Source of the DNA: the human T2T-CHM13v2.0 reference genome, Homo sapiens | Length of the DNA stretch: 64,000 bases | NCBI RefSeq assembly: GCF_009914755.1 | Contig: NC_060936.1 | Reading direction: 5' to 3' (one strand) | Shown: one piece after another, positions 1 through 12,521 of the stretch | Layout: the number at the start of each line of letters is the position of its first letter | Position numbering within the stretch: position 1 is the stretch's first letter | The notes under the pieces: model-generated | The model's input: the letters and a program-made list of their open reading frames with translations, nothing else | What the model was told of the DNA's origin: nothing | Databases searched by the model: none | Position numbers and translations under genes: made by a program

Positions 1-555
1 GGAGCATTTAGCCCATTTACATTTAAGGTTAATATTGTTATGTGTGAATTTCATCCTGTCATTATGATATTAACTGGTTATTTTGCTTGTTAGTTGATGC
101 ATTTTCTTCCTAGCATCGATGGTCTTTACAATTTGGCATGTATTTTCAGTGTCTGGTAGTGGTTGTTCCTTTCCAGGTTTAGTGCTTCCTTCAGGAGCTC
201 TTGTAAGGCAGGCCTGGTGTTGACAAAATCTCTCAGCATTTGCTTGTCTGTAAAGGATTTTATTTCTCCTTCACTTATGAAGCTTAGTTTGGCTGGATAT
301 GAAATTCTGGGTTGAAAATTCTTTTCTTTAAAAACGTTGAATATTAGCCCCCACTCTATTCTGGCTTGTAGAGTTTTTGCCAAGGCATCCACTGTGAACG
401 CCACAAAGATACTCCTCAAGAAGAGTAACTCTAAGACACATGATTGTCAGATTCACCAAAGTTGAAATGAAGGAAAAAATATTAAGGGCAGCCAGAGAGA
501 AAGGTCAGGTTACCCACAAAGGGAAGCCCATCAGACTAACAGTGGATCTCTCGGC
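1..555 (-). mobile_element. L1PA-type LINE-1, 5'-truncated with 5' inversion; body on - strand (1-395, runs off left edge), inverted segment on + strand (396-555)
   Basis: ORF 126..419(-) encodes the L1 ORF1p C-terminus (FQPRISYPAKLSFISEGEIKSFTDKQMLRDFV). 396-555 is the adjacent upstream ORF1 sequence in the opposite orientation (ccacaaagatactcctc...aagcccatcagactaacagtggatc). Confidence 0.9.
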
Positions 556-556
556 C

Positions 557-3500
557 AAAATTCTTTCTCTTTTCTGATTGCTCTGACTAGGACTTCCAGT
601 ACTATGTTGAAGAGGAGTAGTGAGAGTGGGCAGCCTTGTCTTGTTCCAGTTCTCAGAGGGAATGCTTTCAACTTTTCCCCGTTCAGTATTATGTTGGCTG
701 TGGGTTTGTCATAAATGGTTTTTATTACCTTGAGGCATGTCCCTTGTATGCCAATTTTGCTGAGAGTTTTAATCATAAAGGAATGTTGGATTTTGTCAAA
801 TGGCTCATGTGATTTTTGTTTTTGATTCTGTTTATGTGGTGTATCACATTTATTGACTTGCATATGTTAAACTATCCCTGCATCCCTGGTATTAAACCCA
901 CTTTAATCATGCTGGATTATCTCTGATATGTTGTTGGATTCAGTTAGCTAGTATTTTGTTGAGGTTTTTTGCATATCTGTTCAACAGGGATATTGGTCGG
1001 TAGTTTTCTTTTTTGGTTGTATCCTTTCCTGATTTAGATATTAGGGTGATACTGGCTTCATAGAATGATTTAGGGAGGTGTCCCTCTTTTTCTGTCTTGT
1101 AGAATAGTGTCAATAGGATTGGTAACAGTTCTTTTTTAATGTCTGGTATAAAGCTGTTGTGAATGCGTCTGGTCCTGGACTTGTTTTGTTGGTAATTTTT
1201 TATTACCCTTTCAGTCTCACTGCTTTTTATTGGTCTGTTCTAAGTATCTAATTCTTCTTGATTTAAGATAGGAGTGTTGTGTCTTTCCAGGAATTTATCC
1301 ATCTCCTCTAGGTTTTCTGGTTTATGCACATAAAGGTGTTCATAGTAGCTTTGAATGATGTTTAGTATTTCTGTGATGTCAGTTGTAATATCTCCCATTT
1401 CATTTCTAATTGAGCTTAGTTGGATGTTCTCTCTTCTTTTCTTGGTTAATCTTGCTAACGGTAATTCAATTTTATTTATCGTTTCAAAGAACCAGCTTTT
1501 TGTTTCATGTATCTTTTGTATTGTTTTTTGTTTGTTTCAGTTTCACTTGGTTCTGCTCACATTTCGGTTATTTCCTTTCTTCTGCTGGGTTTGGGTTTGG
1601 TTTGTTCTTACTTCTCTAGTTCCTTGAGGTGTGACTTTAGATTATCTGTTTGTGCTCTTTCAGACTCTTTGATATAGGCGTTTAGGGCTGTAAACTTTCC
1701 TCCTAGCACCACCTTTGCTGTATCCCAGAGGTATTGATAGGTTGTGTCACTATTGTCATTCAGTTCGAAGAGTTTTTAATTTCCATCATGATTTCATTGT
1801 TAGCCCAATGATCATTCGGGAGCAAGTCATTTAATTTCCATGTATTTGCATGGTTTTGAAGGTTCCTTTTGGAGTTGATTTCCAGTTTTATTCCACTGTG
1901 GTCTGAGAGAGTGCTTGATATAATTTCAATTTTCTTAAATTTATTGAGGCTTGTTTTGTGGCCTGTCATATGGTCTATCTTGGAGAAAGTTCCATGCACT
2001 GTTGATTAGAATGTATATTCTGTGGTTGTTGGGTAGAACGTTCTGTAAATATCTGTTAAGTCTACTTGTTCCAGGGTATAGTTTAAATGCATTGTTATTT
2101 TGTTGGCTTTCTGTCTTGATGACCTGTCTCGTGCTGTCAGTGTAGTATTTAAGTCCCCCCACTATTATTATGTTGCTGTCTATCTCATTTCTTAGGTCTA
2201 TTAGTAATTGTTTTATAAATTTGGGATCTCCCAAATTTATATATTTATGATTCTGATACTTCCCTGTTGGACAAAGCCTTTTATTGTTATATAATGTCCC
2301 TCTTTGTCTTTTTTAACTGCTGTTTTTAAAGTTTGTTTTATGTGATATAGGAATAGCTACTCCTGCTCACTTTCGGTGTCCATTTGCATGGAATGTTGTT
2401 TTCCATCCCTTTACCTTAAGTTTGTGTGAGTCCATATGTGTTAGGTGTGTCTCGAAGGCAGCAGATATTTAGTTGATGAATTCTTATCTATTCGGCAATT
2501 TTGTATCTTTTAAGTGGAGCATTTAGGCCATTTATGTTCAATGTTAGTATTGAGATGTGAGGTACTATTCCATTCATCATGCTATTTGTTGCCTGTATAC
2601 CTTGGTTTTTTTTTTTTTAATTGTATTTTTGTTTTATAGGTCCTGTGAGATTTATGCTTTAAAGAGGTTCTGTTTTGATGTGTTTCCAGAATTTGTTTCA
2701 AGATTTAGAGCTCCTTTTAGCAGTTCTTGTAGTGCTGGCTTGGTAGTGGCAAATTTTCTCAGCATATGTTTGTTTGTCTGAAAAAGACTGTATCTTTCCT
2801 TCATTTATGAAGCTTAGTTTTGCTGGGTACAAAATTCTTGGCTGATAATTGTTTTGTTTGAGGAGGCTAAAGATAGGGCCCCAATCCTTCTAGCCTGTAG
2901 GGTTTCTGCTGAGAAATCTATTGTTAATCTGATTGGTTTTCCTTTATAGGTTACCTGGTGTTTTTGCCTCACAGCTCTTAAAATTCTGTCCTCCATCTTA
3001 ACTTTAGATAACCTGTTGACAGTGTGCCTAGGTGATTATCTTTTTATGATGAATTTCCCAGGTGTTGTTTGAGCCTCCTGTATTTGGATGTCTAGGTTTC
3101 TAGCAAGGCTGGGGAACTTTTCCTCAATTATTCCCCCAAATATATTTTCTAAACTTTTAGTTTTCTCTTCCTCCTCAGGAACACCGATTATTCTTAGGTT
3201 TGGCCATTTAACATAATCCCAGACTTCTTGGAGTCTTTGTTCATATTTTCTTATTCTTTTTTCTTTGTCTTTGTTGGATTGGGTTAATTTGAAAACTTTA
3301 TCTTCAAGCTCTGAAGTTCTTTCTTCTGCTTGTTCAATTCTATTGCTGAGATTTTCCAGAGCATTTTGTATTTCTATAAGTGTGTCCATCATTTCCTGAA
3401 GGTTTAATTGTTTATTATTTATGCTATTTATTTCCTTGAATAGTTCTCCTTTCACTTCTTGTATTATATTTTGGATTTCCTTACATTGGACTTTGCCTTT

Positions 3501-5110
3501 CTCTGGTGCCTCCCTTATTAGCTTAATAACTAACTGTCTGAATTCTTTTTCAGGTAAATCAGGGATTTCTTCTTGGTCTGGATTCATATTTGGTGAGCTA
3601 GTGTGATTTTTAGGGGGTGTTAAAGAACCTTGTTTTTTCCCATTACCAGGGTTGGTTTTCTGGTTTCTTATTTGGATAGGCTCTGTCAGAAGAAGGTCTA
3701 GGGCTCAAGGCTCTTGTTCAGATTATTTTGTCCCACGGGATACTCCCTTGATGTAATACTCTTCTCCTTTCCTAGGGATGGGGGTTCCCGAGAGCTGAGC
3801 TGTAATGATTGTTATCTCTCTTCTGGATATAGCCACCTAGCAAATGTATCAGACTCTGGGCTAGTACTGGAGGTTGTCTGCACAGAGTCCTGTGATGTGA
3901 ACCATCTTTGGGTCTCTCAGCCATGGATACGAGCACCTGCTCGGGTGGCAGTGGCAGGGGAGTGAAATGGACTCTGAGTGTTCTTAGCTTTGGTTGATTA
4001 GTGTGCTATTTTTGTGCTGGTTGACCTGCTGGGAAGTGGCACTTGCAAGAGAGCATCAGCTATTGGGAGTATGGGGGGGGAACATTTGGTAGGTGGGGCC
4101 CCATAACTCCCAAGAGTATATGCCCATTGTCTTCAGTTACCAGGGTGGTAGGAAAGGACCATTAGATGGTGGCAGGGCTAGGCATGCCTGGGCTTGGACT
4201 CTACTTGGGCAGGTCTTGCTGCAACTGCTGTGGGAGATGGGGGTGAGGTTCCCACGTCAGTGGAATTATGTTCCTAGGAGGATTATGGCTGCCTCTGTTG
4301 TGTCATGCAGGTTGCCAGGAAACTGGGGGAAAGACAGGAGTCACAGGCCTCACTCAGCTCCCGTCTAACCCAAATGGCTGGTCTCACTCCCACTGTGCCC
4401 CCCCGCCAAGAGCACCAAGTCTGTTTCCAGGCAGTGAGTGAGCAGGGCTAAGAACTTGCCCCATGTTACCCACCTCCCAGCTGTGAAAGTAAGCAGGGCT
4501 TTCCTTCTCCCCCCACCTGTGGAGTCTGCACGCTGGATTCATGCCCTCTTCAGAGTTCTGGCCAGGAGACTTCTCAATCGGTTCAAATTGTTGCAAAGTT
4601 CCACTGGAGGTTTCCTTCTCCCTGTGGTTTTTTTCCCAGTGCCTCTGGCAGCCCTCCTCAAGGGCCCCTGTGAGGCAAGGCAGAAAATGCCTTGCTAGGG
4701 GACCCTAGCAAGCCCACAGGGGGACCCTAGAGCAAGCCCACAGGGCTTTGCATGTTGCTTCCTCTACCTCTGTATTTCCCTTGGCTCTCTAAATTGACTC
4801 AGTTCCAGTTAAGGTTAGAATCTTTTCCCATCATCTAGAGCTTCAGGTTCCCCAGTGTGGGGGTGTATTCTGGGGCAGACGATCTCCCTTTCCTGCTTCC
4901 ACAGTTTGGGCACCCACAGTATTTGGGGTGTCTCCCAGGTCCTGCAGGAGCAATCCACTTCCTTCAGAGGGTCTGTGGGTTCTCTTGGCTTTCCTAACGT
5001 TTTCTTGCACTGGTTCTGGAGCAAAAGTTCATGATGCAAGCCTCCATATGATGTTCTGTACGTCCAAGTGGGGGCTGCAATCTAGTCCTGCCTCCCGTCT
5101 GCCATGATCT
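557..5110 (-). mobile_element. Older LINE-1 (L1PB-like) retaining 5'UTR (~3660-5110), degenerate ORF1 (~2640-3660) and the N-terminal part of ORF2 (557-2580)
   Basis: ORF fragments match ORF1p (3036..3587, 2814..2996), the ORF2p endonuclease (1760..1999 HGTFSKIDH..SDH) and RT (531..863 GTRQGCPLS). The ORF2 start MMNGIVPHISILTLN lies at 2580. The 5' end reads agatcatggcagacgggaggcaggactagattgcag on -, like the L1PB 5' end. Confidence 0.9.
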
Positions 5111-5199
5111 GTTTCACCCCACTGAAGGTTTTTGAGCAGGAGTGGCTGAGTCTCATATTTGTGACTTACCCAGAGGATGGTTTAGGGGTTTTTATGTTT

Positions 5200-5256
5200 G
5201 TTTTTTTAGAGACAGTGTCTTGCCCTGTCACTCAGGCTGGGCGATCTTAGCTCACT
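5200..5256 (-). mobile_element. Short Alu/FAM-like fragment
   Basis: tttttagagacagtgtcttgccctgtcactcaggctgg..gcgatcttagctcact matches an antisense Alu 3' end with an internal deletion. Confidence 0.6.
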
Positions 5257-5453
5257 CGAGTTTTATTTTTTGATATTTTCAAAAGTATAAACAACTTAAA
5301 TGTCTATCAATCGGAAACTAGTTAAATGAACTATGTTACTGTGGAATACTATGCATCCATTAAAAGAATGGTATTTATCTATATTTGTTGATATGGTTGC
5401 AAAATCACCTGAATCATATGATCCTATTGAAATATATTTTGCTATATCTGTTT

Positions 5454-5484
5454 CTATGTATATGTATGTATGTATATATATATA
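5454..5484. repeat. (TATG)n(TA)n simple repeat
   Basis: tatgtatatgtatgtatgtatatatatata is visible directly. Confidence 0.8.
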
Positions 5485-6472
5485 AAAGTATATTTAAATA
5501 AGCAAAGGAAAGATGATTGATGCTTTTCTGTGAGAGGTTGGATTGTGAGAGATTATGCTTCCTACTTTGTACTTCTTTATTTAAACATATGACATACTGA
5601 TTATGTCTTACCTCTAAAAAGAGAAAAACAATTTTAACAGACTGTTATTTTGTGTTTGTTTCTTATATGTCTAGTGTTTTGCTGTTTTTCTCTTAAATTT
5701 TAAAAGTTTATTCAGAATCTTCCGCAGAGCTTTGCCTAGAACAGCACACAGGTTTGACTTGAGTATACCAGACAGATGTAGCCTAGAGTTTGAGCCATGT
5801 CATGCATAAGGGGACGTGATGACTGGTGAAGTCAGTACCAAGACTGGCAATGGCATCAGGGTCAGAGAGAGTTCTTTAGCTGAGTTTTCTACTCATTCAT
5901 CTAGGGGAGTTTTGTAACTTTAATAGGACTAGAGAAACATTTACATTGAGGCATTAGGAGCATGTTCACACTGCTCAACCCACAGGATTAAGAATGAGAT
6001 TTATGTAAAGTGAGTAGGGTTAGATGAGTGCATGCACTTGGTCCTCCTGTTTTCTAATTGCCGAAGAAGCGCTTTGAGATGGGGAACAGGAATGTATGTG
6101 TAGACAAGGGCATATTTTTCAGTGAGACACGATAGGATATATTCTTCAATAGAATGAAGTTAAGAAGGCGAATCTAGTTATTAGTGGTTTGTTGAAATAA
6201 AACTAATTTGGAAAATAACTTGTTTCTCATATGTATCTCCATCAATTATTTGCTTAATCTTCCATATATGTCTTTTTTTCAAACTGGCTTTTTCATGCAT
6301 ACCAAATCCCATAAAAATTGAAGTTATTCTTTCTGACTAGAAATCAGAGAAGATTTATAACTGCTTGTAATTTAGGTGAATATTGATTTACTGCAACAGT
6401 CAGATGAACTGGAGATAGCATTAACACCCTCAGGAAATGAAAAATGCTAAGAAATAGTACTTAATTAGAAAC

Positions 6473-7025
6473 TGTGACAGATTGTATTTTCCAAAAATGG
6501 CCACAGCAGTTTCTCCAGTCCCACATTCTCTCTGTCAGTAAACAGCATCTATTTCCCTTCCCCTTTAATATGGGGCTGAACTTTATGCCTGTATCAACAA
6601 ACTGAGTGTGATGGTTATGACATTGCATGACTTTGAGTCTATGTCATAAAAAGCAATAAGGCTTCTACCTACCTCTTTTTCTCTCTGAAAACACTCACTT
6701 TTGGAACCAGCCACTATGCTGTGAGAAAACTCAAACTAGCGTATGAGAGAGGATCCATATGGGATGGTCCACATGCAGAGGAGCTGAGGCCTCCAACCTT
6801 CATCCAGCATCAACTACCAGATGAGAGAGCGAATGAGCCTTCATATGATTCTAGCTCCTAGCCTTTTAGTCTTCCTACTGAAGTCCCAAACATGGAGCAG
6901 AGACAAGCTGTCCCAGCAGTGCTGTGTTCAAATTTCTAACCATAGAATTTGTGAGCATAATTAGTAATTATTTTATACCATTGAGTTTTGCAGTAATTTG
7001 TTTTACAGCCATAGTAACTGGTACA
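6473..7025 (+). mobile_element. MaLR solo LTR (MLT1 family)
   Basis: Starts tgtgacagattgtattttccaaaaatggcc and ends gtaatttgttttacagccatagtaactggtaca; TG...CA termini and MLT1-type internal motifs. Confidence 0.75.
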
Positions 7026-7288
7026 GGGCCATTTCTCCTATACTCAGAGTGGATAAGGATGTGTCAGCAGAAAAGAACATGGTTCTTTTTAAGAGATAAT
7101 TTTATATCTCCATGGTGTGACCTGGATTCAAAGAGTAATTTTTAAAGATATTTGTAGCTAATATTTTATTTGAAGTGCACAAAGAAGAGTAACCAGAGGA
7201 CTGGTTATTTTAAAAACTGCTAAATAAAGCAGTTTTTCAGTGACCACTGAAAGGAGTCTCCTTTAGGTCCAATTAAATACCCCTTGAG

Positions 7289-7529
7289 TGCTGTGGTTTG
7301 AATGTGTCCCCAAAAAGCATATGTTGGGAACTTAATCCCCAGTGCAACAGTGTTATGCCAGTTATAAGAGGGCTTGAGGCTCTCTCTCACCTTCTGTTTG
7401 CCCTTCCAGCATGGGATATCACAGCAAAAAGTCCCTTACCTCCAGAAACATAAGCCAAGAAATTTCTGTTCATTATAAATTACCCAGTCTCAGGTAGTCC
7501 ATTATAGCAACACAAAACGGACTAGGACA
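7289..7529 (+). mobile_element. MaLR solo LTR (MST-like), internally deleted, with 5-bp TSD
   Basis: tgctgtggtttgaatgtgtcccc ... ataaattacccagtctcagg...acggactaggaca. TSD TTGAG at 7284-7288 and 7530-7534. Confidence 0.85.
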
Positions 7530-8189
7530 TTGAGATTCTAGGTTGTTTTACGATTTGGAATGTTATCCAGACTGATAGACCAATCCAGAATATTGTCTTA
7601 TGTGCTTTTCAGAGATATTTCAACATGGCATTAAATAATTCCTCCAGTTTCACAAACACAAAATTGGTAATGCCGTGAAGAAATAATTAGGTGAGAGCGC
7701 TCAGTACTTTAAATAGATCTAACAAAGTTTGGAAAATGAATGATCCTCAGTAAATGAAGATTTTATGATAAAAATTAAGACTCGACAAATTATCAAAATT
7801 TTTTATAAATTTCAAAACGTATGTAATTTTCAAATAATCTCATATATTATTACTAATTTTGTTTTCCCCTATTCAGGTTGATTATATGTGTGTACCATAA
7901 AAATAAAGGCAACCTGCTATCTATTATTTAGTGATGCAGACCTCTTTTTCATGTGATACTGTATTTTATTAATAGATAATGTAAAATTTAAAGAGTACCA
8001 TCACTCATGTACTGAGTACTTTGAAAAATAACTTGCAGTTTCTTGTAATTGTTTTCTGTCATTTGCACACATTATTTTTGATGGCAGAATATCATTTGAC
8101 TTCTGAAAATTTTGAAAATACCTTTAGTTTTTTGGAGCAATTGCTAAAATAAAGTAAGTAATTGTCTCTTCTATATTTTTGTTCTTTAT

Positions 8190-8760
8190 TTAGTAAATTC
8201 AGCAAACATTTAGTCAGCTGCACCATGTGCCAGGTACTGCTCTAGCCTTTGGAAATACAGAAGTAAATACATCAGAATCTCTGCGTTTCTAGTTTTTCTT
8301 AGGGAGCTTACATTTTGGTGGGGTATGGAACTGACAATCAAGTATGATGTTTTGGGATGGTAAATAGCATAAGGAAGGAGCAGGGTAATGAATTAGTGAT
8401 GCAGATGAAGAGCTGGGGTGCTCTTTTAGATAAAGTGAGTGAGATCAGGCCTCAGAGATTAACTGAATTGGCACTTAAAAAGAGACTTGAATGTAGAGAG
8501 TGGGACCAAGTCATGCAGCTATTTTGAAGAAGGAAGTTCCTTATAGAGGGCACAACATATACAAAAGCCTGACTGATAAAGAAGAGAACCTTTGAGAAAA
8601 GGTAAGGAGAACAGGATGGCTAGAGCTAAATGAGCAAATGGAATACCTTTATGAGATGAAGTAAAAAAGGTGATGGCCCACAAGGAAAGTGAAAAAAGTG
8701 ATTGAGATGGAGGGGTGAATATCCCTATCAAATATTGCTAATATGTCTAGTGAAATGTGG
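8190..8760 (-). mobile_element. L2 fragment
   Basis: Antisense L2 3' end (attcagcaaacattta...catgtgccaggtactgctctag) followed by a purine-rich antisense L2-like body. Confidence 0.6.
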
Positions 8761-11700
8761 ATTTACAATGGAGTAGTCATTAATTCATGTAGTATCTTAT
8801 TATGTCACATTGAAGGGACTCAAAAAAATTGTAATTTAATGTCTAAAAGGGATTAGTGGATTTACAGTCATAGCAATTATTTTTAGTTTTTAAATATCTA
8901 TATATATTTCAGAGAAGTAAATAGATGACAACTAAGTTTTATGCATAAGATATATTACAAGGATAAAATGGGAGAGACAGAGGGATGAATACAAAAGTTT
9001 AAGGAAAGAGAAGGAATGATGTAAAATTTTCTAGTTAATATGTTTATATATTTTTTAAATAAGTGATGGTTAGGTATACATAGGTTATATCAGAAAGAGT
9101 AACTGTTCGAGTTATTATGTCAACAAGCATAGTACACAGGAAACTCCATGTTTTATAACTAGGAAGCTTATGATAAAGTTTTAGATGGCAACTTAAATAT
9201 ATGTGAGGGTCATACAAGACCTAGTATTTGAAGACCACTGAATTAAATCAATTTGAGAACGGTATCAAGGATTTGTAATATACTGGTTTATAGTTAGTTT
9301 TCTCTATTTCATATGATGTATTGTACCTCTAACTTTTATCAGCCATGAAGAAAATGGGTATCATTGGCTATTGGTCCATGAAAATAATATTGAGATGGGT
9401 CAGTATAAGTTCTGTTTGAAAACCGTCTCAAAACTTACGGGTTAGTAGCATTCGTTCATTCAGAAAACCTTTATTAAACACCTACCAAGAAGATACAACT
9501 ATTATTTCCTCATAGTATGCCCTATTTGGGCACTGTTGATTAGTTACGGTAGCCCCAGTGGCATAGGTGATCTGGAAATTATATCAGTGCATTTCTTTAA
9601 TATTTATTATGCTTAATTTATAAGCAAAGCACATGTCTCCAAGAAGCTTTAATCAAGTTGCTTGCTTTTACATATAACATAATTCTATTTTAAAATATTT
9701 TCATTGAATCTCTTTTCCATTTTTTGAGATTCGTAGAATTGTGCCTGGCTTATTCACAGTCAAAACCAGACACCTATAGTCTTAATTATGTGCAAGTTTC
9801 CACAGTAAATAGTTCTTATTTTTAAATTAAATTTGTTCATTTTATTTTCCATCAATAGTTTACGTGGCTGTAAAATATGTACTATCTTTGAATCTTTGCT
9901 TCCTCACTAACTTTTGTGGTTTTGACTATCGAGTAATTAATGATTAAGTAATTTTGCCAATAAACCACACTTAAATTACTTATTATTGGTAACTATAGTT
10001 GAGATGTTGTGACTATTTGATAAAAAATATATCTGTTTACTTTCCCTTCTTTGTATTATCAAAGATTATTTTGTTGTACATGTAATTTAAAAGTATGTAG
10101 TTCTCTTTATAAGTCAAAAATACAGAAAATATAGCCATTACAATGACCCTTAATATATATTTATTTATCATGCTCCTCTTCTCCCTTGCCTTTTTAGAAT
10201 AAAATAACAGAATAATGAGAACCAGATTTTTAAATGTCGTTTTGCTGCAATTTTTTTTCAAGCATTATTTGAAAAGTGTTTCCATAGCCTTTCCACTAAC
10301 TTTACTATTTGATTTGATCAAGAGAAGTACTTTAGCACATATGGATATTTTGATTCTAATCAAATGTTTTTGTTCATTAATTTTTTCTTATACTTGTTTT
10401 ATTTTAGGTTCTGAATAGTCTTTTACTGTATTACTTATTCTTCCTTAAAAATGTAATACAGTTGTTTTAAAAAGATAACCACACTACACATATTATTTTT
10501 ATTAAATCTTCATCTTCTATCATAAAACTATGTACGCTAATTCATTGTAGCAGTATGAGTTCAGATTCTGGAGCTAGACACTTACATGTTCTAACTATGG
10601 TTATGCTACTGATTTCAGACATAGAACTTTTTGGTATTTTAATTTCCTAATCTGTAAACTAAGAATAATGATCATAATTTAGGCAGTGCTTACTTTCCAT
10701 CCTACTTTTGAGACTTCCTTTGAAAATCATAAGTGAACACAGTGAAATGAAGGAAGGAATTCTCAGTTTTAATATTTATAATTTATACAACTTTTTTATG
10801 AATAGTTATATACCAATGGCCATGACAGGTCATTGGCTTTTCCAATATAAGGAACCTTGTAGAGGGAGCATCAAATAGTAAGGTGAAGTTCTACAAGGCA
10901 AGGAAATGCCAGTCAAGCTTTCTTTGCTTCCTGGGATTTTGTCCCATTGTTTGATGATTGCTCCAAATGGTCAGTTTCTCAACCAAATCCAGCACTTATG
11001 ATTTTTTTTCCTGTCTACGGGACATGTGTAGAAACTCTTCCTGATACTCCCTGGAGGCCTCAATCCTTCGATTGCTGATCTTAACTAAGCAAGACTCAAA
11101 CATGTCTTTTCTTAATTATGGTTCAAGACTCCTTTAAAAATGGAATCCATATTGGTACTTTTTAGACTAATCCATGAACTAATGAACTTTTGGTACTCCT
11201 AGCTCTAATGCTATATTTGAGAAAAACTACTGCAGAGGACTTTTAAGTCTGCATTAGTGTAGTGATCATCCTCTCCAAACGTTATTCCTGCTTTCCCTCA
11301 TTTCTCTATCATTTAACCAACCCAGGCAAGGTTAGACACTTAATCCATTTAAATCTAAACCTCTGCTATCACCAAAAGACTATATTTTTGGTAAAGTTTG
11401 TGTGTGTATATATGCTGACTGTAAACTTAAAAATATACATCAGTGTTTTTATTGAAGAAATAAAGAGCTATAAAATGAGACACTCATACAGCTTTTGACT
11501 TCCAGATTTTTATAGAAAAGTAGGTAGGACCTACAAGTGTTCAGAAAATATGATTAGATTTGCTGTTTGGCATGCATACATTTAACAGATGTTTAATGTG
11601 TATAGTTTCATTTGGTACAGCTGTCTTGGTATTTCCTGAATACTTTTAAACTCCTTAGTATCTTTTATTTAAAGAAATCTGGAACTACATCAGCAAAACT

Positions 11701-12197
11701 GTCTTTATTTTTCATCCGGGCATAATGATATCTATATAGGAAATGAAGTGGCAAATCACATGGATAAGCCATACCCATGGAATGTCTATATGATAATAGT
11801 CTGCATTTGACCACAGATTATTTTTATTACTTGATCCTTCCATTCCCTTGCACAACGCCATTTATTTATGTTAAAACAGAAGAAGACAAAGAGTTTCAGT
11901 GCATTTGCATGAATTAATTGGATCCTCAGAGAGGACACTGCAGCAAAGAGCAGATCTCTTAGGATAGCATGACTAATTCATATGGTATTTTAGTGGCATC
12001 CCAGTTGCAGTGTGCACTTGGATAACTTTTTTAAACAACAAAATTATTCTCCCTTTGCCCTTATTAACATTACTCCCTAACTTCAGTACAGTAGAAATGA
12101 TGCTTGGTAAAGATTGGTAACATAAAACATTTTAAGTAACTTTTACCAGATTTTATTCTAAACTTTGTTCTCACCTATAAAACATATGTGGGAAACG

Positions 12198-12521
<324 letters not shown>

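Noticed and set aside
3036-3587. 183-aa coiled-coil ORF as a host gene
   Set aside because: It is the N-terminal part of L1 ORF1p inside a decayed L1PB, interrupted by a stop.
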